Shown: in pieces, positions 1 to 10,850 of the stretch
How positions within the stretch are numbered: the stretch's first letter is position 1
Layout of the letters: the number at the start of each line of letters is the position of its first letter
From: a virus
Reading direction: 5' to 3' (one strand)
IMG/VR virus record: IMGVR_UViG_3300042464_001105
Coordinates: 1 to 64,000 of that record
DNA: 64,000 nucleotides
Translations under genes and position numbers: made by a program
Notes under the pieces: generated by a model
What the model was told of the DNA's origin: nothing
Seen by the model: the letters and a program-made list of their open reading frames with translations, nothing else
Database searches by the model: none

Positions 1-3000
1 CAGTAAACGTACCATTGTTTTGGAAGGTGCCATTGTTCATATCGAGCGTTCCGCCCGTCCAATTCGCCGCACCATTGTTCTCGAGAATCCGATTCAAATT
101 CCTGCTATTGCCGCTGCCGCTGCTCAAGTTCAACGTCCCGCCCGCTGGGACAATCGTCTTCCCCGTTCCGCTCATCGTTCCGCCGGTCCAGTTCAACACG
201 CCCGTTATCGTCACATCACCAGCCCCGGATAGCGTCCCTAACAAGTTTAGATTGCTTACAGTCGATGCCGCACTAAACGTAGAGGTACCGTTTCCGTTCA
301 GGTTGCTTATGGTCGTTGCCACAGAAAACGTGACGGTTCCACTTATTACTAATGTTCCCGTAGTAGCCATAGCCAGAGGTGCATTGATCGAATAGGTGCC
401 AGTAAGAATAACCGATGCTGAGGCTGCAATTGAAATCAAGCCTCCACTATGCGTCCCGCCCCATAAATTGAGCGTACCGGCTTGGACATCCACGTTGCCG
501 GTGTTGTTGAACCTTACGATTGTGCTACTGCTGCCTGAGCCTGAGAATGGGAACTGCACAGTGCCAGTACCTTGCTTGATAAATGTCCCGTTATTTTCAA
601 AGGCATTCGTTACACCAGAACTAGAGCTTTGCAAAGTAGTTGCCGAGTTAGCAGTAAACGTTCCATTGTTTTGGAAGGTGCCGTTGTTCATTCCGAGCGA
701 TCCTTCCGTCCAATTCGCCGCACCGTTGTTCTCGAGGATCCGACTCAAAGTCTTGCTATTAACGCTGCTCAAGTTCAATGTTCCGCCCGCTGCGACAATC
801 GTCTTCCCTGTTCCGCTCATCGTTCCGCCGGTCCAGTTCAACACACCCGTTATCGTCACATCACCAGCGCCGGATAGCGTCCCTGACAAGTTTAGATTGC
901 TAACAGTTGATGCCGCACTAAACGTAGCGGTTCCGCCTATGTTAAGATTGCTGATGGTCGATGCCACAGAGAATGTTACGGCTCCGTTTACTACCAATGT
1001 TCCCGTAGTAGCCATAGCGAGAGGTGCACTGATTGAATAGGCGTTAAGGTTAACAGTTGCCGAGGCTGCAATTGAAATCAGGCCTCCACTGTGTGTCCCG
1101 CCAATCAACGAGAGCGTTCCGGCTTGGACATCCACGTTGCCTGTGTTGTTAAACGCTACCGTTGTGCTGATGAATTGGAACTGCATAGTGCCAGCACCTT
1201 GCTTGATGAACGTACCAGCGTTTACAAAGGCATTCGTTCCACCAGAACCTTGGCACTGAAGTGTAGTGGCTGAGTTCGCGGTGAAGGTTCCATTGTTTTG
1301 GAAGGTGCCGTTGTTCATTCCGAGCGATCCTTCCGTCCAATTCGCCGCACCGTTGTTCTCGAGGATCCGACTCAAAGTCTTGCTATTAACGCTGCTCAAG
1401 TTCAATGTTCCGCCCGCTGCGACAATCGTCTTCCCTGTTCCGCTCATCGTTCCGCCGGTCCAGTTCAACACACCCGTTATCGTCACATCACCAGCGCCGG
1501 ATAGCGTCCCTGACAAGTTTAGATTGCTAACAGTTGATGCCGCACTAAACGTAGCGGTTCCGCCTATGTTAAGATTGCTGATGGTCGATGCCACAGAGAA
1601 TGTTACGGCTCCGTTTACTACCAATGTTCCCGTAGTAGCCATAGCGAGAGGTGCACTGATTGAATAGGCGTTAAGGTTAACAGTTGCCGAGGCTGCAATT
1701 GAAATCAGGCCTCCACTGTGTGTCCCGCCAATCAACGAGAGCGTTCCGGCTTGGACATCCACGTTGCCTGTGTTGTTAAACGCTACCGTTGTGCTGATGA
1801 ATTGGAACTGCATAGTGCCAGCACCTTGCTTGATGAACGTACCAGCGTTTACAAAGGCATTCGTTCCACCAGAACCTTGGCACTGAAGTGTAGTGGCTGA
1901 GTTCGCGGTGAAGGTTCCATTGTTTTGGAAGGTGCCGTTGTTCATTCCGAGCGATCCTTCCGTCCAATTCGCCGCACCGTTGTTCTCGAGGATCCGATTC
2001 AAAGTCTTGCCAACGCCGCTCAAGTTCAATGTCCCACCAGCTGAGACGATCGACTTGCCGGTTCCCGACATGGTTCCACCAATCCAGTTCAATGGCCCAT
2101 TGATCGTCACATCGCCAGAACCAGATAGGTTGCCGCCGGATAGTGTAAAGGAACTGTTGAGTGTTGCATTTGATTCAATGGATAACGTTCCGCCGGACAG
2201 TGTTATTGGTTTATTAGATAGGAGCGAGTTAATTTGCACATTTCCGGAGCGGATTGTGACTGTGGAACTGCCTAACATGTCGATCAACACATCGTCTGTA
2301 GGACCAGGAACTTGGCCACTATTCCAATTCGTCGCAACATCCCAAAATCCGCCAGCGGGGTTTATGAAGGACGCGGTAAACGGTCTCAACTCAAAGCGAT
2401 TTACAAGGTCGATTGTGCCGAGTTTATTGCCAGCGCGATCCGTTAGGCCCGATGTCTTTGTGGTGAAAGTATATGTGCCAATCGCAAGAGGATTGTAAGT
2501 TAGTTGGATCTGCGAACTGTTGTTTCGCAGTTGGACGTTCACGGGTGCAAATGACAAACCTGCTGAATCTACGAGAGTGAAATTCGAAGGGATAAGCGTT
2601 GCAGGATCCATTCCTTCGCTAAACGACAGCTCAATTGTTCGGAAGTTCTTTCCTTTTATGCTGCCATCCGTTGGATTGATAGCAAACAACGTTGGCGTTG
2701 TAGTATCACGAACAAGGCTCAGGGCAACTACGGGGCTGGTGGTTACGTTTCCGCCAGTATCGGTTGCTCGCACTTGAACGATTGCGGTCGATTTGGTTTC
2801 CGAAATCAGCGGCATCGTTGCGGATAGGTTGTAGGGGAAGCTGAGAGTGCTTTGTACTACCGTACCGTCGACTAGCAGTTCGACATTTCGTACCTGAACA
2901 TCGTCATTGATGTCGGCTTTGATCGAAAGACTGCTTCCCTCGACGACTTGAATACCAGCGGTGATGGGATCCGAATCCATTTTACTAGTGTCGATGCTCG

Positions 3001-6000
3001 CGGTCGGTGCAATTCGCTTACTGTCGAACGACTGGTAATTGATTATTTGCAAATCAGCAGAGCCGCCGGCAACATAGGCTATGCCACCTGCTACAGTCAC
3101 CGAATTGGGTGAAGCGTCTAATGGAAAAGAGGTTACAAACTGGTTGGTCTTGGATGGATCGCGAACATCGAAAACGCTTAGAGATGGAGTTGCCCCTCGG
3201 AAATTTCCTCCGACAGCGACAATGCCAAGTCCTGAACCATTGGCCACAATGTAAGGGTTAGGACTTGCCGAACTCCCCGAGGATGCTGACCCAGCGATCA
3301 ATCTCAAGTTGGTTGGGTCGGAAACATCCGCAGTTGCATATCCCCCAGTTTGGGAACTGAACGCGGACACATAGGCAACACCATTGCCAACAAACAAACT
3401 GCCCCCGCCTTGTGGCATCGTAAGAAATCCCTTCGCGACCATGTTTGGGCCTGAGATGTCGATCGCACGAAGAACACGGGCTACGTCCATAGTAAATAGC
3501 GTTGATCCTTCGCGAGCCAGGCCGGTTATGCTGTTTGAACTTAGACTAAGTACTTGCAACAGCGATCCCGTCTGCATTTCATAGGATTGAAGCCAACCGT
3601 CGACCGCGACGTAAACCACACCATCTTTGACTTCCAATTGTCCCGCGTTGATTGGGACAGTCATTCGATTCGTAGGTTTCGTCGGGTCGGCAACGTCCAG
3701 AATCGACATTCCTCCAGTCCCTGAGGCTACAACAGCAAGACGGGCTGGTGCATCAATTGCAACGTCAACTGAATCACCTGGAAGGTCAATTTGTCCCAAC
3801 AACGTGGGCTTGTTAAACTGAGACACATCGACTAACGCAAGCCCGTAGCTGCCAGTGGCAATATATGCGGTCTGCTTTCCGTTGTTGTCAATGTCCCCTT
3901 GAACAACAATCTGTTTTGCTTCGCCCTGTAGCGGCAGGCTTGCGAGAATACCTGTAGCGACGGCCTTTCCAGATAGTGGATCGAGTCCTTGGGCTATTTC
4001 GGAACTATCACTCACTCCATCATTGTCCGTATCCGCAAGGACGGGATCTGTTCCGATTGCGAATTCTCCCAAGTCCGGAATTCCGTCTCGGTCACTGTCG
4101 GTTCCTGCAAAAACATCTAAATAATATGGCCCGATATTTGTTGGCGAGCCAGCTGTCGACGAATTACCGTCATATTGCGCTGATCGATTTGTCGCGGCGT
4201 TGTACAGGACAACACTAAAGTTTGTCTTTGGTGGAAGAAATGCAGAGAAGCGACCGACATCGGAAGTCATTCCACTTATCTCAACTCCGGAGCCCGTGGT
4301 AATTCGGAAATGAACACGTGGATCGTTTCCGAAACCTTGACCAATGGGAACGAAATTGGTCGAGCTTGCTAGAAATGTGCCACTTGATGCAGCGGAGCTT
4401 GGGGGCTGAATATTGACATGAAAATGCCCATTGTGACCCTTACTAAATCGAACAGAAAGTCCCGTTACCGGCCAATGCTTCGACCAAGTTCGAGGATCAT
4501 TGTAGTATATGGTGCCAACACTTGCCCCTGATTTGGTGGTAACGCTGGAAAATAATTCTATTTGCGAGCGAATTTTTGCTATGTCATAATTCTTTATCTC
4601 AGGGTTGTCGACGATGAACTTGACAATTCGATCAAGAATTGTTTCATTGTCGTACGTCAAATCATGCGTAAGCGCATTTGCAGGTGCTGATGAGTCGGTT
4701 TCGGAGAATTCGGCAAATCCAACTGTGTTGCCTATCATCGTGATAACATGTCGATCTCCGCGTTTGTCCTCCGTGATTCCGGCTGCGACATAGCGTTTTC
4801 CTCCTATCGTATGTGTACGGTAGAACGGGATAGCGATCGCGCGGTCTTCCCATTTCGTTTCCTTTGGTGGCGTATCGAAGTCAATATCAATTCCTGTATA
4901 ATGGCCTTCATGCCCTCTTTGCCCTCCGGGTTTTTCGGAAAGATCATCTACAAGAAGACTCGGTCCTTTATTATTGGCTCCGGCTGACTTGAGAACTTCA
5001 AGCGCCCAACTTGTGCCCCAATCATGTTCGACTTTGGAAACTTCAATATTCGTCCATCCAGGCCCCGATTTTGCATTCTTCAACCAGCTAGGTGCATTGG
5101 CGCTGTTGATCCATGAAAGGTCGATAGTTGCGGATGGATTGAAGACTCCTCTTTTCCCACTTACCGCCGCATTGAACAACCCGATAGCAGACCGTGAACC
5201 ATTACCTAGTATCCCATCAACTGCTATTGTTCTTCCACTCGCTTCAAAAAATCCTAAGTACTTAAGTCTCTGTTGAACTCGAAATGCATCCAGTACTGTC
5301 AAATTGGATGTAACCGCATCCTTCTCGTTTGTTTTGGCGTACGAGTCACGGACATTTATAATCACCTTAACGTTGGCATTGGCTTCACCGCCGTCCTTCA
5401 ATACATGTCTCGCCAACAGATGTAATTCCAATGCTCCAGGATTCTGTGGTACGAAGTATACTGTCGCGGAGTCACGAAGTCCGGATTCCCAATCCGGAAT
5501 TTTGGCGATCGTTCCCCCAATTGCTTTAGTGAAAGAGTACTTCTTCAAAAAACTCAGATTTGCAAGAGAGATCGAGATAACATCACCGAGATTACCCGTG
5601 CGATGTTCCACCCATTCGAGCGTATCACTGTCTTTGTCGTCGGGGGTACCGTCTCCGTCGTCGTCATCATCATTATCGTCTGGCTTTTGGTCATTGTCAT
5701 CATCTGGATCCTTATCATTCGGAATGCCGTCCCCATCCGTATCGTCATCGTCATCCTTATCGCCATCTCCGTCTTTATCTTTATCGCCCTTTTTCCAACC
5801 TTCGTCTCCCGATCGCTTACCCTCTCCTGTGGAACCAGGCGGAGTGAGTCCATGCCAACCGGGTTTCGTTATCCCACTCCCAGCATCCGTTGTTGCTGAT
5901 AAGCCATCAACGCTAACCGTTGATGTACCTTCGATTACTAGCCTCCCTGTTGTATGATCGAAACTAAGATAATTGAGCTTGGTACCTGGCGCTGCCCCGA

Positions 6001-9000
6001 AAACGTTTGGAAAGGTCATCTGGAGCGGCGTATTGAATATTGCTGCTCCTGGGGCTTGGATGGTGATGTCGAATGTGTGTTGCATTAAGCCTGGAGGGAG
6101 CATGTCTCGCACTAATTCGGGCGGTACAGTGCTGATGCCAATTTGGGCGTTAGTTTGCGGTTGCCCGTCTTCCCCTAGAATAGAATTGGGGACTACTTCT
6201 AATTTCAGATTCGAGCGTTGCTCATTGGTTAAATTCGGTGACGATGTACTGTCGACGCCGATGGTCGTTGTTGTCGAGTTGCTGATCGGCTGAAGCATGC
6301 TGTTTTGCAGCCGAGGTAAGTAGACTTCGGTGCGATCGGAATTGGCGACTCGCTCTTCGCGCGTGCCCATCGTTCCCATCACCGTATTGACACTCCCTAC
6401 AATCAATTCCAGATCCATGACCATCTCGGGCCAGAATACGCCCGAAGGTACGTTAGTCGCAGTGCGGCCATCGATGGCTAGCTTGATCGTCCCAGAAGGG
6501 ACAGTGGTGAGTTCGAAGTAGCCGTTTGCATCTGTCGTAACCGATTGCGATTCGCGGCCGAGGATGAAGACTTTGGCTCCCGCGATCGGGCTCAAAAAGA
6601 CGTCATCATTGGTATGCAAGATGCCGTCATTACCAGCCAAGATGTCGTCGCGAGTCATCGCCTTTAAATCGACGCCTGGATCGACGACTCGACCTTGGAT
6701 CGATGTATTCGGCAATGAAGATAGGCTGACCGTGGTGAAGTTGTACGAAAAATCCCCACCAGCTTCGCCATTACCGTCGGCGTCGAGTAGAGAGTCATCG
6801 ACGCCCCTTATCGCATCGCCATCAATATGGACCGTGATGGTGGATGATCCGGGCATCGGACTAGTGAAAAAGAGCCATGCGAACGTGCCGTCTTGGGAGG
6901 GAACAATCGTTGCTGGTAGCTTGGCCCCAGTCGTATCGGTAGCGTAGAAGCTTAGTGGTGTGAGGGTGCTTTTGTCGACTGGTCGCGAAAAGTGGACTTG
7001 GGGCCGGAATGTGCTGCCGATGTCGCTCGAGCCACTGGATGGCGTTTGGTCCGTAATAGTGAGAGGGATAAGGTGGCTGATAGTAAACGTGCGATTAACG
7101 GTAGTTACGAGGCCAGCGGCATCGCGGGCTATAAGCGTTATTGTGTGCGATCCGGGCTGGACCTTGGATAGATCGATTGGAGTGCTAAAGCCACCATCGG
7201 TTGAAGAGAATCTGATAGGGACGCGAGCTCCAGTGCCGATCTGGTAAGTCAGCGAAACGAGATTTGAGCCGGTACCTGAGGCCGTGCCTTCCAAAAATTG
7301 ACCAGCGGTGATAGTTGCTCCTTCGGCTGGGCTAGTGATGCTGGCCGTTGGAACGAGGGTGTCGAGCGTGAAGGTGAAATCGAAGTTGGACGATTGCAGT
7401 CCAGCATGGTCGATCGCAGTAAATCGAATGGTGTGCGTGCCGTTGGATGAACTGTCGAGCGGTAACGACGGTGTAAACGTGAACCGACCACTGGCATTCA
7501 GGCTAAGCGGTTGGCTAATGCCCTCGTTTACTTGTACGGATGCACCGGCGACACCCGATAGATTGTCGATCACCCACCCTTCGATGATTGGATTGGTCGA
7601 CGTTGTGATGTTGTTAGTTGGCGAGAGGAACACAATCGATGGCGCGATAAGATCGTCAGTTAGAGAAAACCGCTCGATAACTTTGTCGGCAACTGATCGA
7701 CCAAGTGACTGCCCATCTTGATTGGAGAATTCGTAGTGAATACCACCATAAATACGGCTGCGTCCAGCTTCCGCGGCAGCTTGAGAGAAACTGATATAGC
7801 TTCGTGTGACGTTTGCTAATCCCTGCGATGTCGTTGTGAAGGCGTAATTGTCTCCGAAGTAGTTTGCGAGCACCCTAGCGGCAGTGGCACTGTAGGTACT
7901 ATGCCCAGAAACGTATTCCGGATGGGGGGGAGTGATCAACAATGGTGTCCAGTTCAAATCAACTGAAGTCGCCGCATTTGAATCGGTGTCGGCTTCGCGA
8001 ATGGCAGTTATCGGTCGCCAAAATTCCTTGCTGTACTTTGTTTTCCACGCGGCAATACTGGAGTCACTTAACGCGATGTTGAGAGTGGCAAAGAGACGGG
8101 CATTCTCTCCGAGGCTTAGATTCTTGTCGGTTGCAATTTGATTTGCTATCTGATTCCAGTGGCCTGGAGGAGTAACCGTCCCTGAGCCATCAGCCCAGAA
8201 TCGAGCTTGTTGCGTTTGGTCAGCGGTTCGTGAAGCGCTAGTTGCTGAGCCGAGGGATTTGACTTCGTTGAAGGCGGTCGACCATTGATCGGAGGTTAGC
8301 GAGGGAGGACCGCTTGGGATGATCGCGTCGATATCGCTAACGCCAAATGGTGTTAGTTCTCCCCATTGCGGCAGTTGAGCTTGATCGTACATAGGGGCAG
8401 TTTGCTGCCAATGGCCGACTGAGTTACTTGGAGTGTAGTCAACGAATCGGTCCCAGCCGTCTTGCTTTCGGAGCGTGATAATAGCGTCAGCGACCAAGGT
8501 TCCAAATGCAATTCCATTTTCTTTGGTGATGGCGTCGAGGATGTTGTTAAGGACGTTGGTTTGTACTATTTCAAGCGATTGCTGCTGTGCCGGAAAAAGA
8601 TACTTCAGAACTTGATAGGCGGCAGAGGAAATGGCCGCTTCGATTGATAGGTTAGCAGGGGCTGAAAGCGATACAAGGTAGCTGGGCGTTTTCTCGATGG
8701 CGTTGAGAGTGTCGAGCATTGCGATACTCATCATGGTCATACCGCGGGTTGCGATAGGTGGTGGTGTCGCATCGCGTTGGATGGCATTGAGTATTGCTTG
8801 ATTCCAAATTAGAACCGGATCGGAAGTTGCGACTTCGTTGACACGGGTAAAACTCTGGCTGCCACTGTTGGTATTGCCAGCAAGATCGGAGACGCTTAGC
8901 TGCAAGTTGTTGGTGCCAACATCGAGACTCACGCTCGGAATCGTAAAGGTACCGTTACCAGTTGTGCGGAATGAGTCAGTGGAGCTATTGAGAGCGATGA

Positions 9001-10084
9001 AGGAATTTGCTTCAGTGGTTCCCAGTAGCGTGACTCGTGAGTTGCGGGTGATTTTATCCCCAATGACACCCGTATCCGAAGACAGTGATAAATCAATACT
9101 TGGAATGCTGGGAACGGTCGTATCGATCATTATCGAACGTGTCTCCAACAATGTGTTACCAGCAATATCAGTCACAGATGCGCTAAGTTGGTGAAGCCCT
9201 TCGGCTAAAGTCGAGGTCGCTTGTGAGAAGGAGCCAGTAGTAATCCCATCAAAAAGAATTGTGTCGCCAACTGTAACTCTGAGCGAAGAATTTGAGTCGG
9301 TTCTGATCTCAACTCTTGGCTTCGTGACACTAGTAATACCGTCGTTTGAGCTTCGCCCCGTATCGTCGCTGGGATCAATTCTTAAAACGCGAAGTGACGG
9401 GGGCATGGTATCGTACGTAAACTCAAGACGTTGATATCCAATACGTCCATCGTCTGACTGGACGAAGACCGTAGCAAAATGGCTTTCATCCGAAACGGGT
9501 TCTTCGGACGAGGCATCGAAAACAAAGGCATTGGATGCCGCGAGTGTAAGAGGCACAACCGATCCTCGATCGAGCCGAGCCTTTATCGTTGCACCTACCC
9601 CCGAACTTAGGTTGACCGAACCATTCAAGACTGGATTGTTCGTAATTTTGTCGATTGCGGAGGCGCCAGAATCAATAGCGAGTGAGAGGCTGGTGGCCAA
9701 TCCGGCCGGATTAGCATTCAAGTGATTAACTACAGATAGCACGTCAAGTGAAGAAAGCGTGAAGTCACCGTCGACATCCAGATAGTTGTTACCCCCAACA
9801 GGTTGCGTGAAGTCGATTTTTGCCCCACCGCCATTCTGGCGATTAATTTCGTTTATTGGAGCCAAGGCATCCAATGGCGACACTGTTCCATCGAAATCGA
9901 CGTCGAGATTCCACAAAGGGTTTTGCCAGTCGGACGCGAGTACCACACGCCCTTCAAGGAGCTCGAAAAACGACCTCCTTGCTACCTTTTTCCGCCAAGT
10001 ACGCAGGCGTTTGGCTGGAAGCGAACGTTTCGAAGCACCTGAAAACAGTTTAGGGAACCATTTGGCGAAAGATCGGAAATGCAT
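1..10084 (-). CDS. Giant planctomycete secreted/surface multidomain protein (partial, 3' end outside window)
   Basis: Manual translation from ATG 10084 gives MHFRSFAKW...RRSFFELLEGRVVLASDWQNPLWNLDVDFDGTVSPLDAL (LEPR-xLL-like motif then dockerin-like). The same frame was verified at 4903, 4420 and 2-31 (GTFQNNGTFT). The track lists no long minus ORF here, implying the frame stays open to the window edge. Internal motifs: SRIYGGIHY/PEYVSGHS (VCPO/PAP2), DxDGDG acidic loops, PG-binding-like, MepA-like, LVIVD-like. Confidence 0.9.
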   Translation of the reverse strand, partial: MHFRSFAKWFPKLFSGASKRSLPAKRLRTWRKKVARRSFFELLEGRVVLASDWQNPLWNLDVDFDGTVSPLDALAPINEINRQNGGGAKIDFTQPVGGNNYLDVDGDFTLSSLDVLSVVNHLNANPAGLATSLSLAIDSGASAIDKITNNPVLNGSVNLSSGVGATIKARLDRGSVVPLTLAASNAFVFDASSEEPVSDESHFATVFVQSDDGRIGYQRLEFTYDTMPPSLRVLRIDPSDDTGRSSNDGITSVTKPRVEIRTDSNSSLRVTVGDTILFDGITTGSFSQATSTLAEGLHQLSASVTDIAGNTLLETRSIMIDTTVPSIPSIDLSLSSDTGVIGDKITRNSRVTLLGTTEANSFIALNSSTDSFRTTGNGTFTIPSVSLDVGTNNLQLSVSDLAGNTNSGSQSFTRVNEVATSDPVLIWNQAILNAIQRDATPPPIATRGMTMMSIAMLDTLNAIEKTPSYLVSLSAPANLSIEAAISSAAYQVLKYLFPAQQQSLEIVQTNVLNNILDAITKENGIAFGTLVADAIITLRKQDGWDRFVDYTPSNSVGHWQQTAPMYDQAQLPQWGELTPFGVSDIDAIIPSGPPSLTSDQWSTAFNEVKSLGSATSASRTADQTQQARFWADGSGTVTPPGHWNQIANQIATDKNLSLGENARLFATLNIALSDSSIAAWKTKYSKEFWRPITAIREADTDSNAATSVDLNWTPLLITPPHPEYVSGHSTYSATAARVLANYFGDNYAFTTTSQGLANVTRSYISFSQAAAEAGRSRIYGGIHYEFSNQDGQSLGRSVADKVIERFSLTDDLIAPSIVFLSPTNNITTSTNPIIEGWVIDNLSGVAGASVQVNEGISQPLSLNASGRFTFTPSLPLDSSSNGTHTIRFTAIDHAGLQSSNFDFTFTLDTLVPTASITSPAEGATITAGQFLEGTASGTGSNLVSLTYQIGTGARVPIRFSSTDGGFSTPIDLSKVQPGSHTITLIARDAAGLVTTVNRTFTISHLIPLTITDQTPSSGSSDIGSTFRPQVHFSRPVDKSTLTPLSFYATDTTGAKLPATIVPSQDGTFAWLFFTSPMPGSSTITVHIDGDAIRGVDDSLLDADGNGEAGGDFSYNFTTVSLSSLPNTSIQGRVVDPGVDLKAMTRDDILAGNDGILHTNDDVFLSPIAGAKVFILGRESQSVTTDANGYFELTTVPSGTIKLAIDGRTATNVPSGVFWPEMVMDLELIVGSVNTVMGTMGTREERVANSDRTEVYLPRLQNSMLQPISNSTTTTIGVDSTSSPNLTNEQRSNLKLEVVPNSILGEDGQPQTNAQIGISTVPPELVRDMLPPGLMQHTFDITIQAPGAAIFNTPLQMTFPNVFGAAPGTKLNYLSFDHTTGRLVIEGTSTVSVDGLSATTDAGSGITKPGWHGLTPPGSTGEGKRSGDEGWKKGDKDKDGDGDKDDDDDTDGDGIPNDKDPDDDNDQKPDDNDDDDDGDGTPDDKDSDTLEWVEHRTGNLGDVISISLANLSFLKKYSFTKAIGGTIAKIPDWESGLRDSATVYFVPQNPGALELHLLARHVLKDGGEANANVKVIINVRDSYAKTNEKDAVTSNLTVLDAFRVQQRLKYLGFFEASGRTIAVDGILGNGSRSAIGLFNAAVSGKRGVFNPSATIDLSWINSANAPSWLKNAKSGPGWTNIEVSKVEHDWGTSWALEVLKSAGANNKGPSLLVDDLSEKPGGQRGHEGHYTGIDIDFDTPPKETKWEDRAIAIPFYRTHTIGGKRYVAAGITEDKRGDRHVITMIGNTVGFAEFSETDSSAPANALTHDLTYDNETILDRIVKFIVDNPEIKNYDIAKIRSQIELFSSVTTKSGASVGTIYYNDPRTWSKHWPVTGLSVRFSKGHNGHFHVNIQPPSSAASSGTFLASSTNFVPIGQGFGNDPRVHFRITTGSGVEISGMTSDVGRFSAFLPPKTNFSVVLYNAATNRSAQYDGNSSTAGSPTNIGPYYLDVFAGTDSDRDGIPDLGEFAIGTDPVLADTDNDGVSDSSEIAQGLDPLSGKAVATGILASLPLQGEAKQIVVQGDIDNNGKQTAYIATGSYGLALVDVSQFNKPTLLGQIDLPGDSVDVAIDAPARLAVVASGTGGMSILDVADPTKPTNRMTVPINAGQLEVKDGVVYVAVDGWLQSYEMQTGSLLQVLSLSSNSITGLAREGSTLFTMDVARVLRAIDISGPNMVAKGFLTMPQGGGSLFVGNGVAYVSAFSSQTGGYATADVSDPTNLRLIAGSASSGSSASPNPYIVANGSGLGIVAVGGNFRGATPSLSVFDVRDPSKTNQFVTSFPLDASPNSVTVAGGIAYVAGGSADLQIINYQSFDSKRIAPTASIDTSKMDSDPITAGIQVVEGSSLSIKADINDDVQVRNVELLVDGTVVQSTLSFPYNLSATMPLISETKSTAIVQVRATDTGGNVTTSPVVALSLVRDTTTPTLFAINPTDGSIKGKNFRTIELSFSEGMDPATLIPSNFTLVDSAGLSFAPVNVQLRNNSSQIQLTYNPLAIGTYTFTTKTSGLTDRAGNKLGTIDLVNRFELRPFTASFINPAGGFWDVATNWNSGQVPGPTDDVLIDMLGSSTVTIRSGNVQINSLLSNKPITLSGGTLSIESNATLNSSFTLSGGNLSGSGDVTINGPLNWIGGTMSGTGKSIVSAGGTLNLSGVGKTLNRILENNGAANWTEGSLGMNNGTFQNNGTFTANSATTLQCQGSGGTNAFVNAGTFIKQGAGTMQFQFISTTVAFNNTGNVDVQAGTLSLIGGTHSGGLISIAASATVNLNAYSISAPLAMATTGTLVVNGAVTFSVASTISNLNIGGTATFSAASTVSNLNLSGTLSGAGDVTITGVLNWTGGTMSGTGKTIVAAGGTLNLSSVNSKTLSRILENNGAANWTEGSLGMNNGTFQNNGTFTANSATTLQCQGSGGTNAFVNAGTFIKQGAGTMQFQFISTTVAFNNTGNVDVQAGTLSLIGGTHSGGLISIAASATVNLNAYSISAPLAMATTGTLVVNGAVTFSVASTISNLNIGGTATFSAASTVSNLNLSGTLSGAGDVTITGVLNWTGGTMSGTGKTIVAAGGTLNLSSVNSKTLSRILENNGAANWTEGSLGMNNGTFQNNGTFTANSATTLQSSSSGVTNAFENNGTFIKQGTGTVQFPFSGSGSSSTIVRFNNTGNVDVQAGTLNLWGGTHSGGLISIAASASVILTGTYSINAPLAMATTGTLVISGTVTFSVATTISNLNGNGTSTFSAASTVSNLNLLGTLSGAGDVTITGVLNWTGGTMSGTGKTIVPAGGTLNLSSGSGNSRNLNRILENNGAANWTGGTLDMNNGTFQNNGTFT
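661..1997. repeat. 627-bp (209 aa) near-perfect intragenic tandem repeat, ~2.1 copies, plus a diverged copy at 1-660
   Basis: TTCCATTGTTTTGGAAGGTGCCG recurs at 661, 1288 and 1915. Shadow ORFs 1091..1273 and 1718..1900 are identical. Confidence 0.95.
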
Positions 10085-10618
10085 AGTTCTATTGCTCTAC
10101 CTGCCCCCGATGATTCGCTTGAGCGTTAGGTTGCGGCCACTTAAAGCCAACCTATTGTCAAAACGGCGAAATCATTCGCTCCCTCCTATGGTTAGAAGGA
10201 TGTCAATCGGTTCCAGACTGTTCGGATAGGGAAGCACATTGGTTTGCAATTACTACTTTGCAATCAAATCGGATGGATCCATGGGCTCCCCATGATCATG
10301 GGACAAAAGTGAAATCGAGGGCCGGCGGGCCCCCCTTCAACCCTCCTAGGCGGATTTGCCATCAAAACCGAATGCAAAATTCTTAGATTTGCTAAAGTTT
10401 CTCCGACGCTTAAAAATTTGGACCTGCAAAATGGGTTCTCAGGCGATCGAATTCGGCCGGGAACGCGAAGGAACCAGGAGGCAAAGCCAGCAGCTATGTA
10501 GTACCTTTCCCGAACGAAAAAAAAGTTGCATGTCGGCAATGGCTTTATCGCAAAAGACCTTGGGTCGCGCCAAACCACGTCTACGTGACCCTGCCCGACC
10601 GAAGCATAATTTTCGTCC

Positions 10619-10850
10619 GCGGAAAAGAAATGACCGCGAGAATTCCAGTGTTGAACCTTATCCACGTCCACCAGCCGCACATAAGCTTCATGAACTAGGC
10701 TGTGGCTTGCCGCGTATGCTCCGGACATTCGCTGGCCATTCGAGCTGCGGCCAGTCGGCGGAGCTCTTCATAGACGAGCGGTGGCAGCTTCTCTGCTGCT
10801 GTAGGATCAACGGATTCGATTTGCGAAAGAATATGCTTGACTTCTGACAT
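10619..10850 (-). pseudogene. Frameshifted, truncated planctomycete ECF sigma factor (TIGR02999-like)
   Basis: MSEVKHILSQIE...PLVYEELRRLAAARMA...HTRQATA* continues in another frame as LVHEAYVRLVD...WNSRGHFFSA, then similarity ends. Confidence 0.8.

Noticed and set aside
661-1997. Repeat array as possible CRISPR or DGR
   Set aside because: 627-bp coding period, no spacers, no cas or reverse transcriptase genes in the window.
15-10229. Many + strand ORFs of 60-217 aa
   Set aside because: Antisense shadows of the giant minus-strand gene; they repeat with its tandem repeats and are frequently interrupted by stops.
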